A stretch of DNA of 64,000 nucleotides, taken from positions 1,029,121 through 1,093,120 of the forward strand of contig CP091723.1 in assembly GCA_022009775.1 (NCBI GenBank), read 5' to 3'. The stretch comes from Christensenella sp. (lineage in GTDB: Bacteria; Bacillota; Clostridia; Christensenellales; CAG-917). Shown here piece after piece: positions 1 to 11,953 of the stretch (positions are counted from its first letter, which is position 1; every line of letters begins with the position of its first letter). The notes under the pieces were generated by a model. It was not told where the DNA came from, did not search any database, and was given only the letters and a program-made list of their open reading frames with translations. The translations under genes were made by a program, and so were the position numbers.

Positions 1-793
1 CGGGGATGAGAATGAAAACCACCCAACCCGGATGCCAGAGATTTGCGAGAAATCCCATGAGTAAATACGTGGCGAGAGAGAGAAACACTATCGGAAATTC
101 GCTTGCGTTGCGGTGAGTTATCGTGTTTGAAATTCCGCCGAGAACGAACGGCGCGAAGAAGAGAATCCAGCCCGGATGCCACAAATTGCAAAGGAAACCG
201 ATGAGAAGATACGCAATCGTTGCAAGAAGGAATGATACGCCCCACACGCAGTCGTTGATTATTCGTGCAGTCTTGTCTTTTTCGCTGACCACGATTTTGC
301 CGTCCGCGATTTCGACGTGCGGAGCGTCTTTGTCGCAATGCGCTTCTTTGTCGGTTACGGTTGTTTTTTTGCCGTCAATATGCACGCTTCCGACAACTTT
401 GTTGACAAATTTTGCAATGCCGCCTTTGATGGTGACCTTCTCGCCGTTTTTGTCTTCGATGTAGATGCCGTCTTCGTCGATATGCACCTTGTCTCCGTCA
501 CTTTCAACGTTTACGGTTGAAGCGTCATCGTTGCCGTCGCTTGCGTCGTCTGACGTTTCATCTTTATTGTCGCATGCGTCGCTCGCTTGTGCGGTGTAAC
601 CGAGAAGTTCGTCAAGGCTTACGCCGTAAAGACGTGCAAGTGCTATGAGATTGTCGGTGTCGGGAGAACTCTCCGAGCGTTCCCATTTTGAAACCGCCTG
701 GCGAGATACGTCAAGCATCTCGGCAAGTTCGTCTTGCGAGTATCCGTGTCGTTTTCTGAGTTCGTACAATCTGTTTGCGGTTTTGATGTCCAT
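1..793 (-). CDS. XRE-family HTH transcriptional regulator with C-terminal membrane region (partial, runs off window start)
   Basis: Reverse-strand translation from ATG (rc) at 791-793 gives MDIKTANRLYELRKRHGYSQDELAEMLDVSRQAVSKWERSES..., a Cro/C1-type HTH; an acidic linker follows, then hydrophobic segments with the repeated motif GFLxNLWHPGW. No stop inside the window, so it is absent from the ORF track. Confidence 0.6.
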   Translation of the reverse strand, partial: MDIKTANRLYELRKRHGYSQDELAEMLDVSRQAVSKWERSESSPDTDNLIALARLYGVSLDELLGYTAQASDACDNKDETSDDASDGNDDASTVNVESDGDKVHIDEDGIYIEDKNGEKVTIKGGIAKFVNKVVGSVHIDGKKTTVTDKEAHCDKDAPHVEIADGKIVVSEKDKTARIINDCVWGVSFLLATIAYLLIGFLCNLWHPGWILFFAPFVLGGISNTITHRNASEFPIVFLSLATYLLMGFLANLWHPGWVVFILIP

Positions 794-944
794 AACGTTT
801 ACCTGCCTTGTGTTTTCGTGCCTACATTGTTGCAAATCGGAGTGCGGTTGCGCCACCGATTTTGATTGTCAAATGCGCAACTATCGGTTGCATTTTTCAA
901 AAAACACGAATTTTTAGCGGTTTTCCGACGATTTTGAGCGATTT

Positions 945-2054
945 TTAAGCCAAAAGCACGGTCGCAAATGCGGCAACGGATTTTGAGTTTCCAAGGTCTC
1001 CTACTTGCTCGTTAGTCGTGGCGGTTATGCCGATTTTCTCGCACGGAATGCCGAGAATTGCCGATACGTTGTTGCGCATTGTATCTATAAACGGAGCAAG
1101 TATAGGACGCTCCGCGATTATGGCAACCGATACGTTTTGCACGCTCATACATTTTTCGGAAACTTTGCCCAGCACCGTGCGAAGAAGGTCCGCACTGTCT
1201 GCGTCGTCGTATTTTTCATCGTCGACGGGGAAGAGATGTCCGATGTCTTTTTCTCCTATTGCGGAAAGCATAGCGTCCATAAGCGCGTGAAGAGCAACGT
1301 CGCCGTCGCTGTGCGCGACGAAAGAAAACTCGCAGGGTATAAAAGTTGCCATAAGTTTAATTCCGTTGCCGTTTTTGAAGCGGTGTATATCGTAACCTAT
1401 GCCGCAAAGCGGAGTTTTCAGGTCTTCTTTTGTGGTTATTTTTATGTTTTTGGGGTCGCCTTCAATCATTCTTACGTCGCAAGGAGCGTGTTTTTGAAGC
1501 ACTGCTATGTCGTCGAGATATTCGCCGTCGCACTTGGAATATGCTTTGACGATGACGTCTCTTTTTGCACAAACGGGAGTTTGCACTCTGCGATATTCCG
1601 TTCTGTCAACAGGGTCGACGCCGAATCTTATGCACACGAGCGAGTCGGTGAGCGGAAGAAGGGGAAGGGCCACTCCGCGTTCGACCGCGCCTGCGATTAC
1701 GCTGGCGATGAGCGCTTTGGAAACGTAGGGGCGCGCGCCGTCATGAATGATGACGTAGTCGCAATCGTCGTCGATTGCTCGAAGTCCGTTTTTCACGGTT
1801 TGCGTGCGAGTAAGTCCGCCGTTTGTGAGTATTATGCGAGTGTCTTCGATATGTGCGACGTCGAGCGCGTTGAGAAACTCGTCGCTGAACGACGGATGAA
1901 TCGCAACGATGATTTTGCTTACCCCTTCCGTATCGAGAAAGGGCTTTATTGCTTCTACGAGAACGCAGGAACTTTTGCAGGGAGCGAGAAGTTTGTTTTC
2001 GACTCCGTAGCGTTGGCTCGTGCCGCCTGCCGTGATGATAACGTTGATTTTCAT
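945..2054 (-). CDS. ispDF: bifunctional 2-C-methyl-D-erythritol 4-phosphate cytidylyltransferase / 2-C-methyl-D-erythritol 2,4-cyclodiphosphate synthase
   Basis: N-terminal IspD-like MKINVIITAGGTSQRYG; C-terminal IspF signature GIGYDIHRF...AHSDGDVALHAL...IGHLFP. Single 369-aa ORF. Confidence 0.9.
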   Translation of the reverse strand: MKINVIITAGGTSQRYGVENKLLAPCKSSCVLVEAIKPFLDTEGVSKIIVAIHPSFSDEFLNALDVAHIEDTRIILTNGGLTRTQTVKNGLRAIDDDCDYVIIHDGARPYVSKALIASVIAGAVERGVALPLLPLTDSLVCIRFGVDPVDRTEYRRVQTPVCAKRDVIVKAYSKCDGEYLDDIAVLQKHAPCDVRMIEGDPKNIKITTKEDLKTPLCGIGYDIHRFKNGNGIKLMATFIPCEFSFVAHSDGDVALHALMDAMLSAIGEKDIGHLFPVDDEKYDDADSADLLRTVLGKVSEKCMSVQNVSVAIIAERPILAPFIDTMRNNVSAILGIPCEKIGITATTNEQVGDLGNSKSVAAFATVLLA

Positions 2055-2135
2055 AAGACTCCTTGTAAATTACGATTTGCGAAAAATCGCAAAATAATAC
2101 GGTTTAACTTGCTGTTTTTGCAATTAAACCACCTT

Positions 2136-2378
2136 TTACGGCAAAATGCGATACATCGTTTCCGCACTTTGCTTTGTCTGACGCTCGTCGGTGGACAGCA
2201 CTTCAAAGGACATCGAGTTGTTGCCGAAAGTGACGGTCACGACGTCGCCGACTTTCACTTCTTTTGCGGGTTTGACGACTTTGCCGTTGATTTCTATGCG
2301 TCCGCCGTCGCACGCTTCCTGCGCCACGGTGCGCCTTTTGATAACTCTTGATACTTTCAAAAATTTGTCTATTCTCAT
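2136..2378 (-). CDS. S4-domain RNA-binding protein (YaaA/Hsp15-like)
   Basis: 80-aa ORF MRIDKFLKVSRVIKRRTVAQEACDGGRIEINGKVVKPAKEVKVGDVV, a typical S4 fold signature. Confidence 0.7.
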   Translation of the reverse strand: MRIDKFLKVSRVIKRRTVAQEACDGGRIEINGKVVKPAKEVKVGDVVTVTFGNNSMSFEVLSTDERQTKQSAETMYRILP

Positions 2379-2640
2379 ACGAAAATTATACTATGCCGCC
2401 CGTGATTTTTCAATAGAGTGCGCTCATTTTTTAACAAAAACCCGAGATTTGTCTTCACAACAACTTCAAATTTGCAAACAACCATTTCCAAACATTATTC
2501 CCATACTACTATCCCCATACTACAATTTTCACCAACCACCATTTCTCGCGTCACTGTCTTTAATGAAACGCGCGACATGCTCGCGTGTAATAAATATATA
2601 AAATTACTTGAAATTTATTAAAAATATATGCGCGCGACGC

Positions 2641-2669
2641 TTGACAGTCTTGATTTTTCAATATATAAT
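2641..2669 (+). promoter_or_regulatory. sigma70-type promoter upstream of rpoB
   Basis: TTGACA (2641-2646), 17-nt spacer, TATAAT (2664-2669). Confidence 0.5.
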
Positions 2670-2695
2670 AGAAAACTGCGCAATAATGCGAATCT

Positions 2696-2727
2696 CTACC
2701 CCTAAAACAGCACGTTTTTGGGGGTAG
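2696..2727 (+). promoter_or_regulatory. rpoB 5' leader stem-loop with G-tract
   Basis: ctacccctaaaa / tttttgggggtag forms a ~12-bp stem with a 7-nt loop, followed by ggggtagggggg. Confidence 0.3.
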
Positions 2728-2878
2728 GGGGGTTATAAAGACTTATGTTTTTATGGCGAAACTGCACGAAAGCGTAGATTTATGAGAAAATTTTTTGGCG
2801 GTCGGAAAAATTTTTTTCAAAAACCGAAAAGTTTTTTTGCAAATCGCAATCCAAGGCAATTTTTTAAGGAGTGAATAT

Positions 2879-5800
2879 ATGTCCCAAAGAATTCACAATC
2901 AAATGTACGGAACAACTGAAAGACGTGACTTTTCAAGAATTAAAGACGTCTTGCCGATTCCGTATCTCATTGAGGTGCAAAAGAATTCCTACGCAAATTT
3001 CATTGATGCCGGCATCACGGAAGTTTTCAAAGATTATTCTCCGATCGTTGACTTCTCCGGCAGATTGAAACTCGAGTTTTTGTCACACAGATTCGACGGC
3101 GAACCGAAGTACACCGTAAAAGAGTGCAAAGACCGCGACACAACGTATGCTATTCCGCTCAAAGTCAAGGCGCGTCTCACCAACACCGAAACCGGTGAAG
3201 TGGTGGAACAGGAAGTGTTTATGGGCGATTTCCCGCTCATGACGGACTCCGGTTCATTCGTTATCAACGGTGCAGAACGCGTTATCGTCTCCCAACTTGT
3301 CAGAAGCCCGGGCGTTTACAACGACAAGATTCTCGACAAGAACGGCGTGCCGCGTTACGCAACGACGGTCATCCCTAACAGAGGCGCGTGGCTTGAATAC
3401 GAGCAAGACTCCAACGACGTGCAATGGGTGCACGTTGACAGAACGAGAAAGATAACCGCAACCACTCTTCTTCGTGCGCTCGGATACGGAACGGACGAAG
3501 AGATCATAGATTTGTTCGGCGGCGACGAGATGATCGTCAACACCTGCCAGAAAGACGCTCAATGCAAGAACGAAGAACAAGGCAAAATCGATTTGTTCCG
3601 TCGTTTGCGTCCGGGCGAAGTTCCCACCGTCGAAGGTGCGAACATTCTTATCCACAACACTTTCTACGATTACAAGAGATACGACCTTGCAAGAGTCGGT
3701 CGCTATAAATACAACAAGAAACTCGCACTCGGTTCGCGTATTGCGGGATACAAGCTCGCAGAAGACGTCGTGAGCCCCGTCACAGGCGAAATTCTTGCAC
3801 AAAAAGGCGAAATCGTCGACGAAAAGAAAGGTTTTGAAATTCAGAACAACGCAGTCAACGTCGTGTGGCTTTCTTACACCGACAAGGACGGCAAAGCAAA
3901 GAAATTCAAAGTCATCGGCAACAACACGGTTGACCTTGACGCATTCGTCGATTGCAACCCCAGAGAACTCGGAATTCTCGAAAGAGTTTACTATCCGAAT
4001 CTCAAAGCGTTGATGGACGAGTTCGGCGACGACAAAGACCAACTCATCCTTGCAATCAAAGCGTCCGTGGACGAGCTCGTTTACAAGCACATCACGCTTG
4101 ACGACATCGTTTCAATCGAAGACTACAACCTTGGATTGCGTTACGGTTTCGGCACTTGCGACGACATCGACCACTTGTCCAACCGTCGCGTTCGTGCGGT
4201 GGGCGAGTTGCTCCAAAATCAATTCCGTATCGGTATTTCTCGTCTTGAGAGAGTCATTAAGGAGAGAATGGCTTCCGCTCAGGAAAACGCAGAAATCACT
4301 CCGCAAACGCTCATCAACATTCGTCCCGTTACGAGTGCTATAAAAGAGTTTTTCGGCTCTTCGCAGTTGTCCCAGTTTATGGATCAACCCAACCCGATTG
4401 CAGAACTTACGCACAAGCGTAAACTCTCCGCACTCGGCCCGGGCGGTCTCAACAGAGAACGTGCAAGTTTCGAAGTGCGTGACGTTCACCACTCACACTA
4501 CGGTCGTATGTGCCCGATAGAAACTCCTGAAGGACAGAACATCGGTCTTATCACGTCCCTTTCTTCTTACGCAAAGGTCAACGAATACGGATTCATCGAG
4601 ACTCCGTATCGTAAGATCGACAAAGAGACGGGCGTCGTAACCGACGAAGTCGTGTATATGGCGGCGGACGAAGAAGACAAATACGTCATCGCACAGGCGA
4701 ACGAACCGCTCGACGAAGAAAGCAAATTCTTGCGCAACCGTGTCAACTGCCGTATTCAAAAAGATATTCGCGAAGTCCCGAAAGAAAGAGCGGACTACAT
4801 GGACGTCAACCCCAAACAGTTGATTTCAATAGCAACCGCGCTCATTCCGTTCCTTGAAAACGACGATACCAACCGTGCTCTTATGGGCTCGAACATGCAA
4901 CGTCAGGCGGTTCCGCTCCTTAAACCGCAAGCACCGATGATTGCAACCGGCGTCGAACACAAGATTGCGTACGACTCGGGCGTTCTCAAGATCGCAAAAC
5001 ACGACGGCTTCGTGAAGTATGTTGACAGCGACAAGATTGTCGTGGAATGCAACGACGGCACGCAAGATACTTATATTCTCAGCAAATTCGAGCGTTCAAA
5101 CCAATCCACTTGCATCAATCAACATCCGATTGTCAGCAAGGGCGACAGAGTGTACGCTCCGAAGTACAACGAAAAGGGCGATCTCGTCAAGGAAGGCACC
5201 GTTCTTGCGGACGGTCCGGCAACCGATCACGGCGAGCTTGCGCTTGGCAGAAACATGCTCATCGGTTTCATGTCGTGGGAAGGCTACAACTACGAAGACG
5301 CAGTCCTTATCAGTGAAGAACTCGTGCGCGACGATTTGTACACTTCCATCCACATCGAAGAATACGAAATCGAATGCCGCGACACCAAACTCGGTGACGA
5401 GCAAATCACAAGAGATATTCCCAACCTTTCCGACGACGTTCTCAAGAACCTTGACGAAGACGGTATCGTCAGAGTCGGTGCGGAAGTCAAAGCAGGCGAT
5501 ATTCTCGTCGGTAAAGTCACCCCGAAGGGCGAGACGGAACTCACTCCCGAAGAAAGATTGCTCCGCGCAATCTTCGGCGAGAAGGCAAGAGAAGTTCGCG
5601 ATACGTCACTCAGAGTCCCCAACGGCGAAAGCGGTATCGTAGTGGACGTCAAGATCTTTACGAGAAAGAACAAGGACGAACTCGCACCCGGCGTCAACAA
5701 ACTCGTCCGCGTATATATCGCACAAAAGAGAAAAATCTCCGTCGGCGATAAGATGGCAGGTCGTCACGGCAACAAAGGTGTCGTTTCGAGAGTTCTTCCC

Positions 5801-6700
5801 AAAGAAGATATGCCTTTCATGGCAGACGGCACTCCGCTTCAAATCGTGCTCAACCCGCTCGGCGTTCCTAGCCGTATGAACATCGGACAAGTTCTCGAAG
5901 TTCACCTTGGACTCATCGCTCACATGCTCGATTGGAAAGTCGCAACCCCCGTTTTCGACGGCGCGAACGAACAGGACATCAAAGCGTTGTTCCAACAATG
6001 CGGAATCGTCAACGAAGACGGCGAAGTGGACGGCAAGATCCAACTCTACGACGGAAGAACGGGCGAACCGTTTGAAAACAGAACGACGGTCGGCTATATG
6101 TACTATCTCAAACTGCATCATCTCGTCGACGATAAGATCCACGCAAGAAGCACCGGCCCGTACAGCCTCGTGACGCAACAACCGCTCGGCGGCAAGGCGC
6201 AATTCGGCGGACAACGTTTCGGTGAAATGGAAGTCTGGGCTTTGGAAGCATACGGCGCGGCAAACGTGTTGCAAGAAATTCTCACCGTCAAGTCGGACGA
6301 CGTGGTGGGACGTGTCAAGACCTACGAATCAATCGTCAAAGGCACGAACATTTCCGAACCCGGTATCCCCGAATCCTTCAAAGTTCTCGTCAAGGAATTG
6401 CAATCTCTCGCTCTCGACGTCAAAGTGCTCACCGAAGACAGAGACGAAGTCAAACTCCGTGACTATGACGACGACACCGATTTCGATACGCCTGCAACGA
6501 GAAAACACGAAGAACTCAAAGAAATCGATATTCTCGGCGGCGAGAACAACATCTTTGAAAACTTCGGTCAGGACGACAAGGGCGGCGTAGACACCAGCCT
6601 GTTCGACACCGACGACGATGACGAAAGCATATTCAGCGCACTCACCGAAGGAACTCCCGATCTCAGCGATCTCTTCGGCACAGGCTCCGATGAAGAGTAA
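2879..6700 (+). CDS. rpoB: DNA-directed RNA polymerase subunit beta, with ~75-aa acidic C-terminal extension
   Basis: ATG at 2879 preceded by aaggag RBS. Long ORF with canonical RpoB blocks (…[13 protein letters not shown]…, NMQRQAVPL). The ORF-track start at 2795 is probably upstream read-in. Confidence 0.95.
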   Translation: MSQRIHNQMYGTTERRDFSRIKDVLPIPYLIEVQKNSYANFIDAGITEVFKDYSPIVDFSGRLKLEFLSHRFDGEPKYTVKECKDRDTTYAIPLKVKARLTNTETGEVVEQEVFMGDFPLMTDSGSFVINGAERVIVSQLVRSPGVYNDKILDKNGVPRYATTVIPNRGAWLEYEQDSNDVQWVHVDRTRKITATTLLRALGYGTDEEIIDLFGGDEMIVNTCQKDAQCKNEEQGKIDLFRRLRPGEVPTVEGANILIHNTFYDYKRYDLARVGRYKYNKKLALGSRIAGYKLAEDVVSPVTGEILAQKGEIVDEKKGFEIQNNAVNVVWLSYTDKDGKAKKFKVIGNNTVDLDAFVDCNPRELGILERVYYPNLKALMDEFGDDKDQLILAIKASVDELVYKHITLDDIVSIEDYNLGLRYGFGTCDDIDHLSNRRVRAVGELLQNQFRIGISRLERVIKERMASAQENAEITPQTLINIRPVTSAIKEFFGSSQLSQFMDQPNPIAELTHKRKLSALGPGGLNRERASFEVRDVHHSHYGRMCPIETPEGQNIGLITSLSSYAKVNEYGFIETPYRKIDKETGVVTDEVVYMAADEEDKYVIAQANEPLDEESKFLRNRVNCRIQKDIREVPKERADYMDVNPKQLISIATALIPFLENDDTNRALMGSNMQRQAVPLLKPQAPMIATGVEHKIAYDSGVLKIAKHDGFVKYVDSDKIVVECNDGTQDTYILSKFERSNQSTCINQHPIVSKGDRVYAPKYNEKGDLVKEGTVLADGPATDHGELALGRNMLIGFMSWEGYNYEDAVLISEELVRDDLYTSIHIEEYEIECRDTKLGDEQITRDIPNLSDDVLKNLDEDGIVRVGAEVKAGDILVGKVTPKGETELTPEERLLRAIFGEKAREVRDTSLRVPNGESGIVVDVKIFTRKNKDELAPGVNKLVRVYIAQKRKISVGDKMAGRHGNKGVVSRVLPKEDMPFMADGTPLQIVLNPLGVPSRMNIGQVLEVHLGLIAHMLDWKVATPVFDGANEQDIKALFQQCGIVNEDGEVDGKIQLYDGRTGEPFENRTTVGYMYYLKLHHLVDDKIHARSTGPYSLVTQQPLGGKAQFGGQRFGEMEVWALEAYGAANVLQEILTVKSDDVVGRVKTYESIVKGTNISEPGIPESFKVLVKELQSLALDVKVLTEDRDEVKLRDYDDDTDFDTPATRKHEELKEIDILGGENNIFENFGQDDKGGVDTSLFDTDDDDESIFSALTEGTPDLSDLFGTGSDEE

Positions 6701-6714
6701 TAGGAGATGACAAT

Positions 6715-9700
6715 ATGTACGAACTCAGCAATTTTGATGCAATTCAAATCGGTATCGCTTCACCCGAAAAGATCAGAGAATGGTCTTACGGTGAAGTGAC
6801 CAAACCCGAAACTATAAACTACCGTACGCAAAAGCCCGAAAAGGACGGTCTTTTCTGTGAAAAGATCTTCGGGCCTACGCGTGACTGGGAATGCCATTGC
6901 GGACGCTATAAACGCATCCGCTACAAAGGCGTCATCTGCGAAAAGTGCGGCGTTGAAGTGACCAAGTCCAAAGTGCGTCGTGAAAGAATGGGACATATCG
7001 AACTCGCTTGCCCCGTCACTCATATCTGGTACTTGCGCGGTGTGCCTTCCAGAATCGCAATTCTTCTCGACGTTTCTCCCAAGGAACTCGAACAAGTGGT
7101 ATATTTCGTGTCTTTCATCGTTCTCGATCCGGGCAACGTGACCGAACTCCACAAGAAACAAGTCATTTCCGATAAGGAATATAGAGAACTTCTCGAAAAA
7201 TATTCTCCGTCCGATTTCAAACTCGGTATGGGCGCGGAAGCGGTGAAGGAACTCCTTATGGAAGTCGACCTTGAAAAAGAAAGCGAACAACTCAAAAACA
7301 TCATCAACAATTCCGTCGGACAAAAACGTATCAAAGCGGTCAAACGCCTTGAAATCGTGGAAGCGTTCCGTCAATCGGGCAACAAACCCGAATGGATGGT
7401 TCTCGACGTTCTCCCCGTGCTTCCGCCCGAACTTCGTCCGATGATTCAACTCGACGGCGGCAGATTTGCAACGAGCGACCTTAACGATTTGTATCGCAGA
7501 GTCATCAACCGCAACAACCGCTTGAAGAAACTCAAAGAACTCGGCGCGCCCGACATCATCGTCCGCAACGAAAAGCGTATGCTTCAAGAAGCGGTGGACG
7601 CTCTCATCGACAACGGCCGTCGCGGCAAAGCGGTGTCCGGTCCCGGCAACAGAGATTTGAAATCACTCTCGGGTATGCTCCGCGGCAAGCAAGGACGTTT
7701 CCGTCAAAACTTGCTCGGTAAACGTGTCGACTACTCCGGTCGTTCGGTTATCGTCGTCGGTCCCGAACTTAAACTTTATCAATGCGGTCTGCCCAAAGAA
7801 ATGGCTCTCGAACTCTTCAAGCCGTTCATCATGAACAAACTTGTCGAGCGCAACCTTTGCCACAACATCAAGAGCGCAAAGAGATTTGTCGATACGGGCA
7901 AGAATCAGGTGTGGGATATTCTTGAAGAAATCATCAAAGATCACCCCGTTCTTCTCAACCGTGCACCGACGCTTCACAGACTCGGTATTCAGGCGTTTGA
8001 ACCTGTGCTTGTAGAAGGCAGAGCAATCAAACTCCACCCGCTCGCCTGCGGCGCGTTCAACGCGGACTTCGACGGCGACCAGATGGCAGTTCACGTACCG
8101 CTCTCCATCGAAGCACAAGCGGAAGCGAGAATTTTGATGCTTTGCACCAACAACATTCTCAAACTTTCGGACGGTAAACCTATCGTTTCACCGACGCAGG
8201 ATATGGTCATCGGTTCATACTACTTGACAATCGTCAAGCCGGGCGCAAAGGGCGAAGGCAACTATTATAGTTCTTTCGACGAAGCAATGATGGCGTATCA
8301 GGACAAAGACCTTACGCTTCAATCTCTCTGCTACATTCGTGTTCCCGTTCAAAACGAAGACGGCACTACTTCCAACAAGTTGTTGCACACCACGGTCGGC
8401 CGTTTCATCTTCAACAATAATCTCCCGCAAGATTTGCACTTCGTTGACAGAGACGTCGAAGCAAACAAGGGGCAACTCGAAGTCGAAGGTATTCTCGGCA
8501 TCAACGCGGCAATCGACGAAAATCAATTCCATGCAATCGTCGACTTGTTCAGAAACAACAACGTCAACGAAGATACGTGCGTGCGCGCGCGTTCCATATT
8601 AAAGAAAGGTTCTCTCACGGACGACCAAATCGGTCAAATCGCAACCGCAATCAAAGAAGCGGGCGATCTCGACCTTTCCAAGACCAAAGAGAATTTGCGT
8701 GAAATCACCGCTCTTCGCGAAAGCATCCAAAAGGTGCTCGGCAAGAAGGCGATGGCAATCGGCAAGAAACAACTCAGCATGATCGTCGACAACTGCTTCA
8801 AATATCACGGAGCAACCGAAACGGCGGAAATGCTTGACAGAATCAAGGCTCTCGGCTACAAGTATTCGACCATCGGCGCAATCACCGCATCCGTCTTCGA
8901 TATGCACATCCCGGGCGACAAGAAACTCATCGTTCACGACGCTGAACAAGAAGTCGTCAAGATTGAAAGACTCCACGCTCGCGGCGTGCTCTCCGAAGAA
9001 GGTCGTTACAAAGAAATCATCAAGATTTGGAAAGACGCGGCAGACAAGGTTGAAGGCGAACTCAAGAAAGGCCTTGACGATTTCAACCCGATTTGGATGA
9101 TGGCAAACTCCGGTGCTCGTGGTAGCATGGGACAAATCCGTCAGCTCGCAGGTATGCGTGGCTTGATGGCAGACCCGTCAGGTCGTACAATCGAGTTGCC
9201 TGTCCGTTCTTCCTTCCGTGAAGGTTTGTCCGTTTTGGAATACTTCATTTCGTCGCACGGCGGCAGAAAAGGTCTCGCGGACACCGCTCTTAAAACGGCT
9301 GACTCCGGTTATCTTACGAGACGTCTCGTCGACGTATCTCACTCCGTCGTCGTTCGCGAACAGGATTGCGGCGACACCAAAGGTACGTTCATCACGGCAA
9401 TCAGAGACGAAAAGAGCGTCATCGAAGCACTTGCAGACCGTATTGCAGGCAGATACACCATCGGCGACGTCGTCGATCCCGCAACCGGCGAAATCATCTG
9501 CGAAGGCGACACGCTCATTTCCACCGACAAGGCGAAAGAAATCGACAACGTGCTCACTTCTTACTGGGAAAAGAACGGCGCAGACATGCACCATCAACCC
9601 GGTGTGCTTATCCGCTCGATACTTACCTGTAAGTCAAAGAACGGCGTGTGCGTGAAGTGCTACGGCAAGAACATGGCGTCGGGCAACCCCGTCAAGATCG

Positions 9701-10581
9701 GTGAAGCAGTCGGTATCATCGCGGCACAATCAATCGGCGAGCCGGGCACGCAGCTTACGATGCGTACCTTCCACTCGGGCGGCGTTGCAACCGACGACGA
9801 TATCACTCAAGGTCTCCCGCGTGTCGAAGAATTGTTCGAAGCGCGCAATCCTAAAGGTAAAGCGGTCATCACCGAGGCAAGCGGTCTCGTCCACATCAGC
9901 GACGATCGCCGTGAAATCACCGTCACCGCTCCCGACGGAGAAACCAAGGCGTACGCAATCCCGTACAATGCAAATATTCTCGTTCAGGAAGGCGAGTCTA
10001 TCGGCGCAGGCGATCCGCTCACCAAAGGTTCTATCAACCCGCAAGACATGCTCCGCGCAAAAGGCGTCAAGGGCGTGCAGGAATACATCGCAAAAGAAGT
10101 TCAATCCGCTTATCGTACCGCGGGCGTCGAAATCAACGACAAACACGTTGAAGTCATCGTCAGACAAATGCTCCGCAAGGTTCGTATCGAAAATCAGGGT
10201 GACACGAACATGCTTCCCGGCACTTTGGTGGACTTGCTCTCCTACGAAGAAGAAAACGAAAAAGCGCTTGAAAACGGCGGCGTTCCCGCAACTGCAAAAC
10301 GTACGTTGCTGGGTATCACCAAAGCCGCACTCGCAACAGAGTCCTTCTTGTCGGCAGCGTCCTTCCAAGAGACTGCAAAAGTCCTTGCAGAAGCCGCTAT
10401 CAACAATCGTATCGACCCGTTGGTCGGCTTGAAAGAAAACGTCATCATCGGCAAACTCATTCCTGCCGGTACGGGTATGAAGTGCTATAAGAATATCACC
10501 ACCGTGGCTGCAAATCAGACGCAACCCGGAGATATCATCGCACCCCATCGCCTTGAAGACGAAGACATCGAAGAAATCTAA
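6715..10581 (+). CDS. rpoC: DNA-directed RNA polymerase subunit beta'
   Basis: 1288-aa ORF with Zn-finger [35 protein letters not shown] catalytic motif. Confidence 0.95.
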   Translation: MYELSNFDAIQIGIASPEKIREWSYGEVTKPETINYRTQKPEKDGLFCEKIFGPTRDWECHCGRYKRIRYKGVICEKCGVEVTKSKVRRERMGHIELACPVTHIWYLRGVPSRIAILLDVSPKELEQVVYFVSFIVLDPGNVTELHKKQVISDKEYRELLEKYSPSDFKLGMGAEAVKELLMEVDLEKESEQLKNIINNSVGQKRIKAVKRLEIVEAFRQSGNKPEWMVLDVLPVLPPELRPMIQLDGGRFATSDLNDLYRRVINRNNRLKKLKELGAPDIIVRNEKRMLQEAVDALIDNGRRGKAVSGPGNRDLKSLSGMLRGKQGRFRQNLLGKRVDYSGRSVIVVGPELKLYQCGLPKEMALELFKPFIMNKLVERNLCHNIKSAKRFVDTGKNQVWDILEEIIKDHPVLLNRAPTLHRLGIQAFEPVLVEGRAIKLHPLACGAFNADFDGDQMAVHVPLSIEAQAEARILMLCTNNILKLSDGKPIVSPTQDMVIGSYYLTIVKPGAKGEGNYYSSFDEAMMAYQDKDLTLQSLCYIRVPVQNEDGTTSNKLLHTTVGRFIFNNNLPQDLHFVDRDVEANKGQLEVEGILGINAAIDENQFHAIVDLFRNNNVNEDTCVRARSILKKGSLTDDQIGQIATAIKEAGDLDLSKTKENLREITALRESIQKVLGKKAMAIGKKQLSMIVDNCFKYHGATETAEMLDRIKALGYKYSTIGAITASVFDMHIPGDKKLIVHDAEQEVVKIERLHARGVLSEEGRYKEIIKIWKDAADKVEGELKKGLDDFNPIWMMANSGARGSMGQIRQLAGMRGLMADPSGRTIELPVRSSFREGLSVLEYFISSHGGRKGLADTALKTADSGYLTRRLVDVSHSVVVREQDCGDTKGTFITAIRDEKSVIEALADRIAGRYTIGDVVDPATGEIICEGDTLISTDKAKEIDNVLTSYWEKNGADMHHQPGVLIRSILTCKSKNGVCVKCYGKNMASGNPVKIGEAVGIIAAQSIGEPGTQLTMRTFHSGGVATDDDITQGLPRVEELFEARNPKGKAVITEASGLVHISDDRREITVTAPDGETKAYAIPYNANILVQEGESIGAGDPLTKGSINPQDMLRAKGVKGVQEYIAKEVQSAYRTAGVEINDKHVEVIVRQMLRKVRIENQGDTNMLPGTLVDLLSYEEENEKALENGGVPATAKRTLLGITKAALATESFLSAASFQETAKVLAEAAINNRIDPLVGLKENVIIGKLIPAGTGMKCYKNITTVAANQTQPGDIIAPHRLEDEDIEEI

Positions 10582-11762
10582 TGAAAAGAAAACTTTTTAC
10601 ATCTGAAAGCGTGACGGAAGGACATCCCGATAAGGTGTGTGACCAGATCGCAGACGCAATACTCGACGACATTTTCGCAGACGATCCGTCTGCGAGAGTC
10701 GCCATTGAAGTGTGCGCGACAACGGGTATGGTTATGGTTATGGGGGAAGTTTCCACCAAACACTATTGCGATATTCCCAAAGTCGTGCGCGAAGTCGTAA
10801 AAGACGTCGGATATAACGACTCGTCTCTCGGCTTCGACTACAAGACCTGCGCGGTTTTGAGTTCCATTGACGAGCAATCTCCCGATATCGCACTCGGCGT
10901 TGACAACGCAACCGACACCGACGACGTCGAAGAATTCGACAAAATCGGAGCAGGCGACCAGGGCATGATGTTCGGTTATGCATGCGACGAGACGGAATCC
11001 TTGATGCCGCTTCCCATAACTCTTGCTCACGCGCTCACAAGACAACTCACCGAAGTGAGAAAGAGCGGTGAAATAGAATGGCTTCGTCCCGACGGAAAGG
11101 CGCAAGTCACCGTCGAATATATCGACGACGTTCCCGAAAGAGTGGATACTATCGTCGTGAGTTGCCAACATTCCGAAGACGTCGATATGGACACTCTCGA
11201 AGAAACAATCATCGAAAAGGTTATTGGTCGCGCTATTCCGCAAGAGTATATCGACGACGACACCAAGATTTACATCAATCCGACGGGCAGATTCGTCATC
11301 GGCGGACCTGCAGGCGACAGCGGCGTTACGGGCAGAAAAATCATCGTGGACACCTACGGCGGTTTCTGCGCGCACGGTGGTGGCGCGTTCAGCGGCAAAG
11401 ACCCCACGAAAGTTGACAGAAGTGCGTCTTATATGGCTCGCTATATCTGCAAAAACCTTGTGGCGGCAGGCGTTTGCAAGAGAGCGGAATTGCAGGTTGC
11501 GTACGCAATCGGCATGGCTCATCCCGTTTCGATTTACGTCAATACGTACGGCACGGGCGTAGTGAGCGACGAAGACCTTGCAAAAGTGGTCAGAGAAGTG
11601 TTTGATTTGCGCCCGAAGGCGATAATCAAGAACCTTAAACTCGACAGACCTATTTATCGTGCGACTTCCAACTACGGCCATTTCGGAAGAGACGGCTTCA
11701 CGTGGGAAGAGACGGACAAGGTTGACGAAGTCAAGCAAGCCGTCGCAAAATATCAATTTTGA
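10581..11762 (+). CDS. metK: S-adenosylmethionine synthetase
   Basis: [29 protein letters not shown]..., [17 protein letters not shown]. Start overlaps the rpoC stop. Confidence 0.95.
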   Translation: MKRKLFTSESVTEGHPDKVCDQIADAILDDIFADDPSARVAIEVCATTGMVMVMGEVSTKHYCDIPKVVREVVKDVGYNDSSLGFDYKTCAVLSSIDEQSPDIALGVDNATDTDDVEEFDKIGAGDQGMMFGYACDETESLMPLPITLAHALTRQLTEVRKSGEIEWLRPDGKAQVTVEYIDDVPERVDTIVVSCQHSEDVDMDTLEETIIEKVIGRAIPQEYIDDDTKIYINPTGRFVIGGPAGDSGVTGRKIIVDTYGGFCAHGGGAFSGKDPTKVDRSASYMARYICKNLVAAGVCKRAELQVAYAIGMAHPVSIYVNTYGTGVVSDEDLAKVVREVFDLRPKAIIKNLKLDRPIYRATSNYGHFGRDGFTWEETDKVDEVKQAVAKYQF

Positions 11763-11774
11763 ATGCTAAAGAGA

Positions 11775-11803
11775 AAAACGGTAGGATAATCCTACCGTTT
11801 TTC
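11775..11803. terminator. bidirectional rho-independent terminator after metK
   Basis: aaaaacggtaggataatcctaccgttttt is a perfect hairpin flanked by A/T runs. Confidence 0.5.
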
Positions 11804-11953
11804 GCAACTTTTGAGTGAGAAATCGCTTCTATGCGATGGGAATACGTTCATAGCGACGATAATGAACTTAAAAAGAAACTATTTGAGAAAATAACCGTCA
11901 CGAACTAGGTTTGTGACGTAAAATGAGCCTTATTAAAGGATAAGCGGAGAAAA

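Noticed and set aside
123-917. Plus-strand ORFs 123..464, 317..520, 645..917
   Set aside because: Antisense to the well-formed XRE-family regulator gene running off the window start.
1005-2351. 448-aa ORF antisense to ispDF; likewise long antisense ORFs 3254..4090, 10578..11756, 13091..14143, 15014..16813, 33750..35081, 39150..40223, 56816..57784, 58262..59326, 59819..60946
   Set aside because: Shadow ORFs opposite well-supported conserved genes; no independent motifs or RBS.
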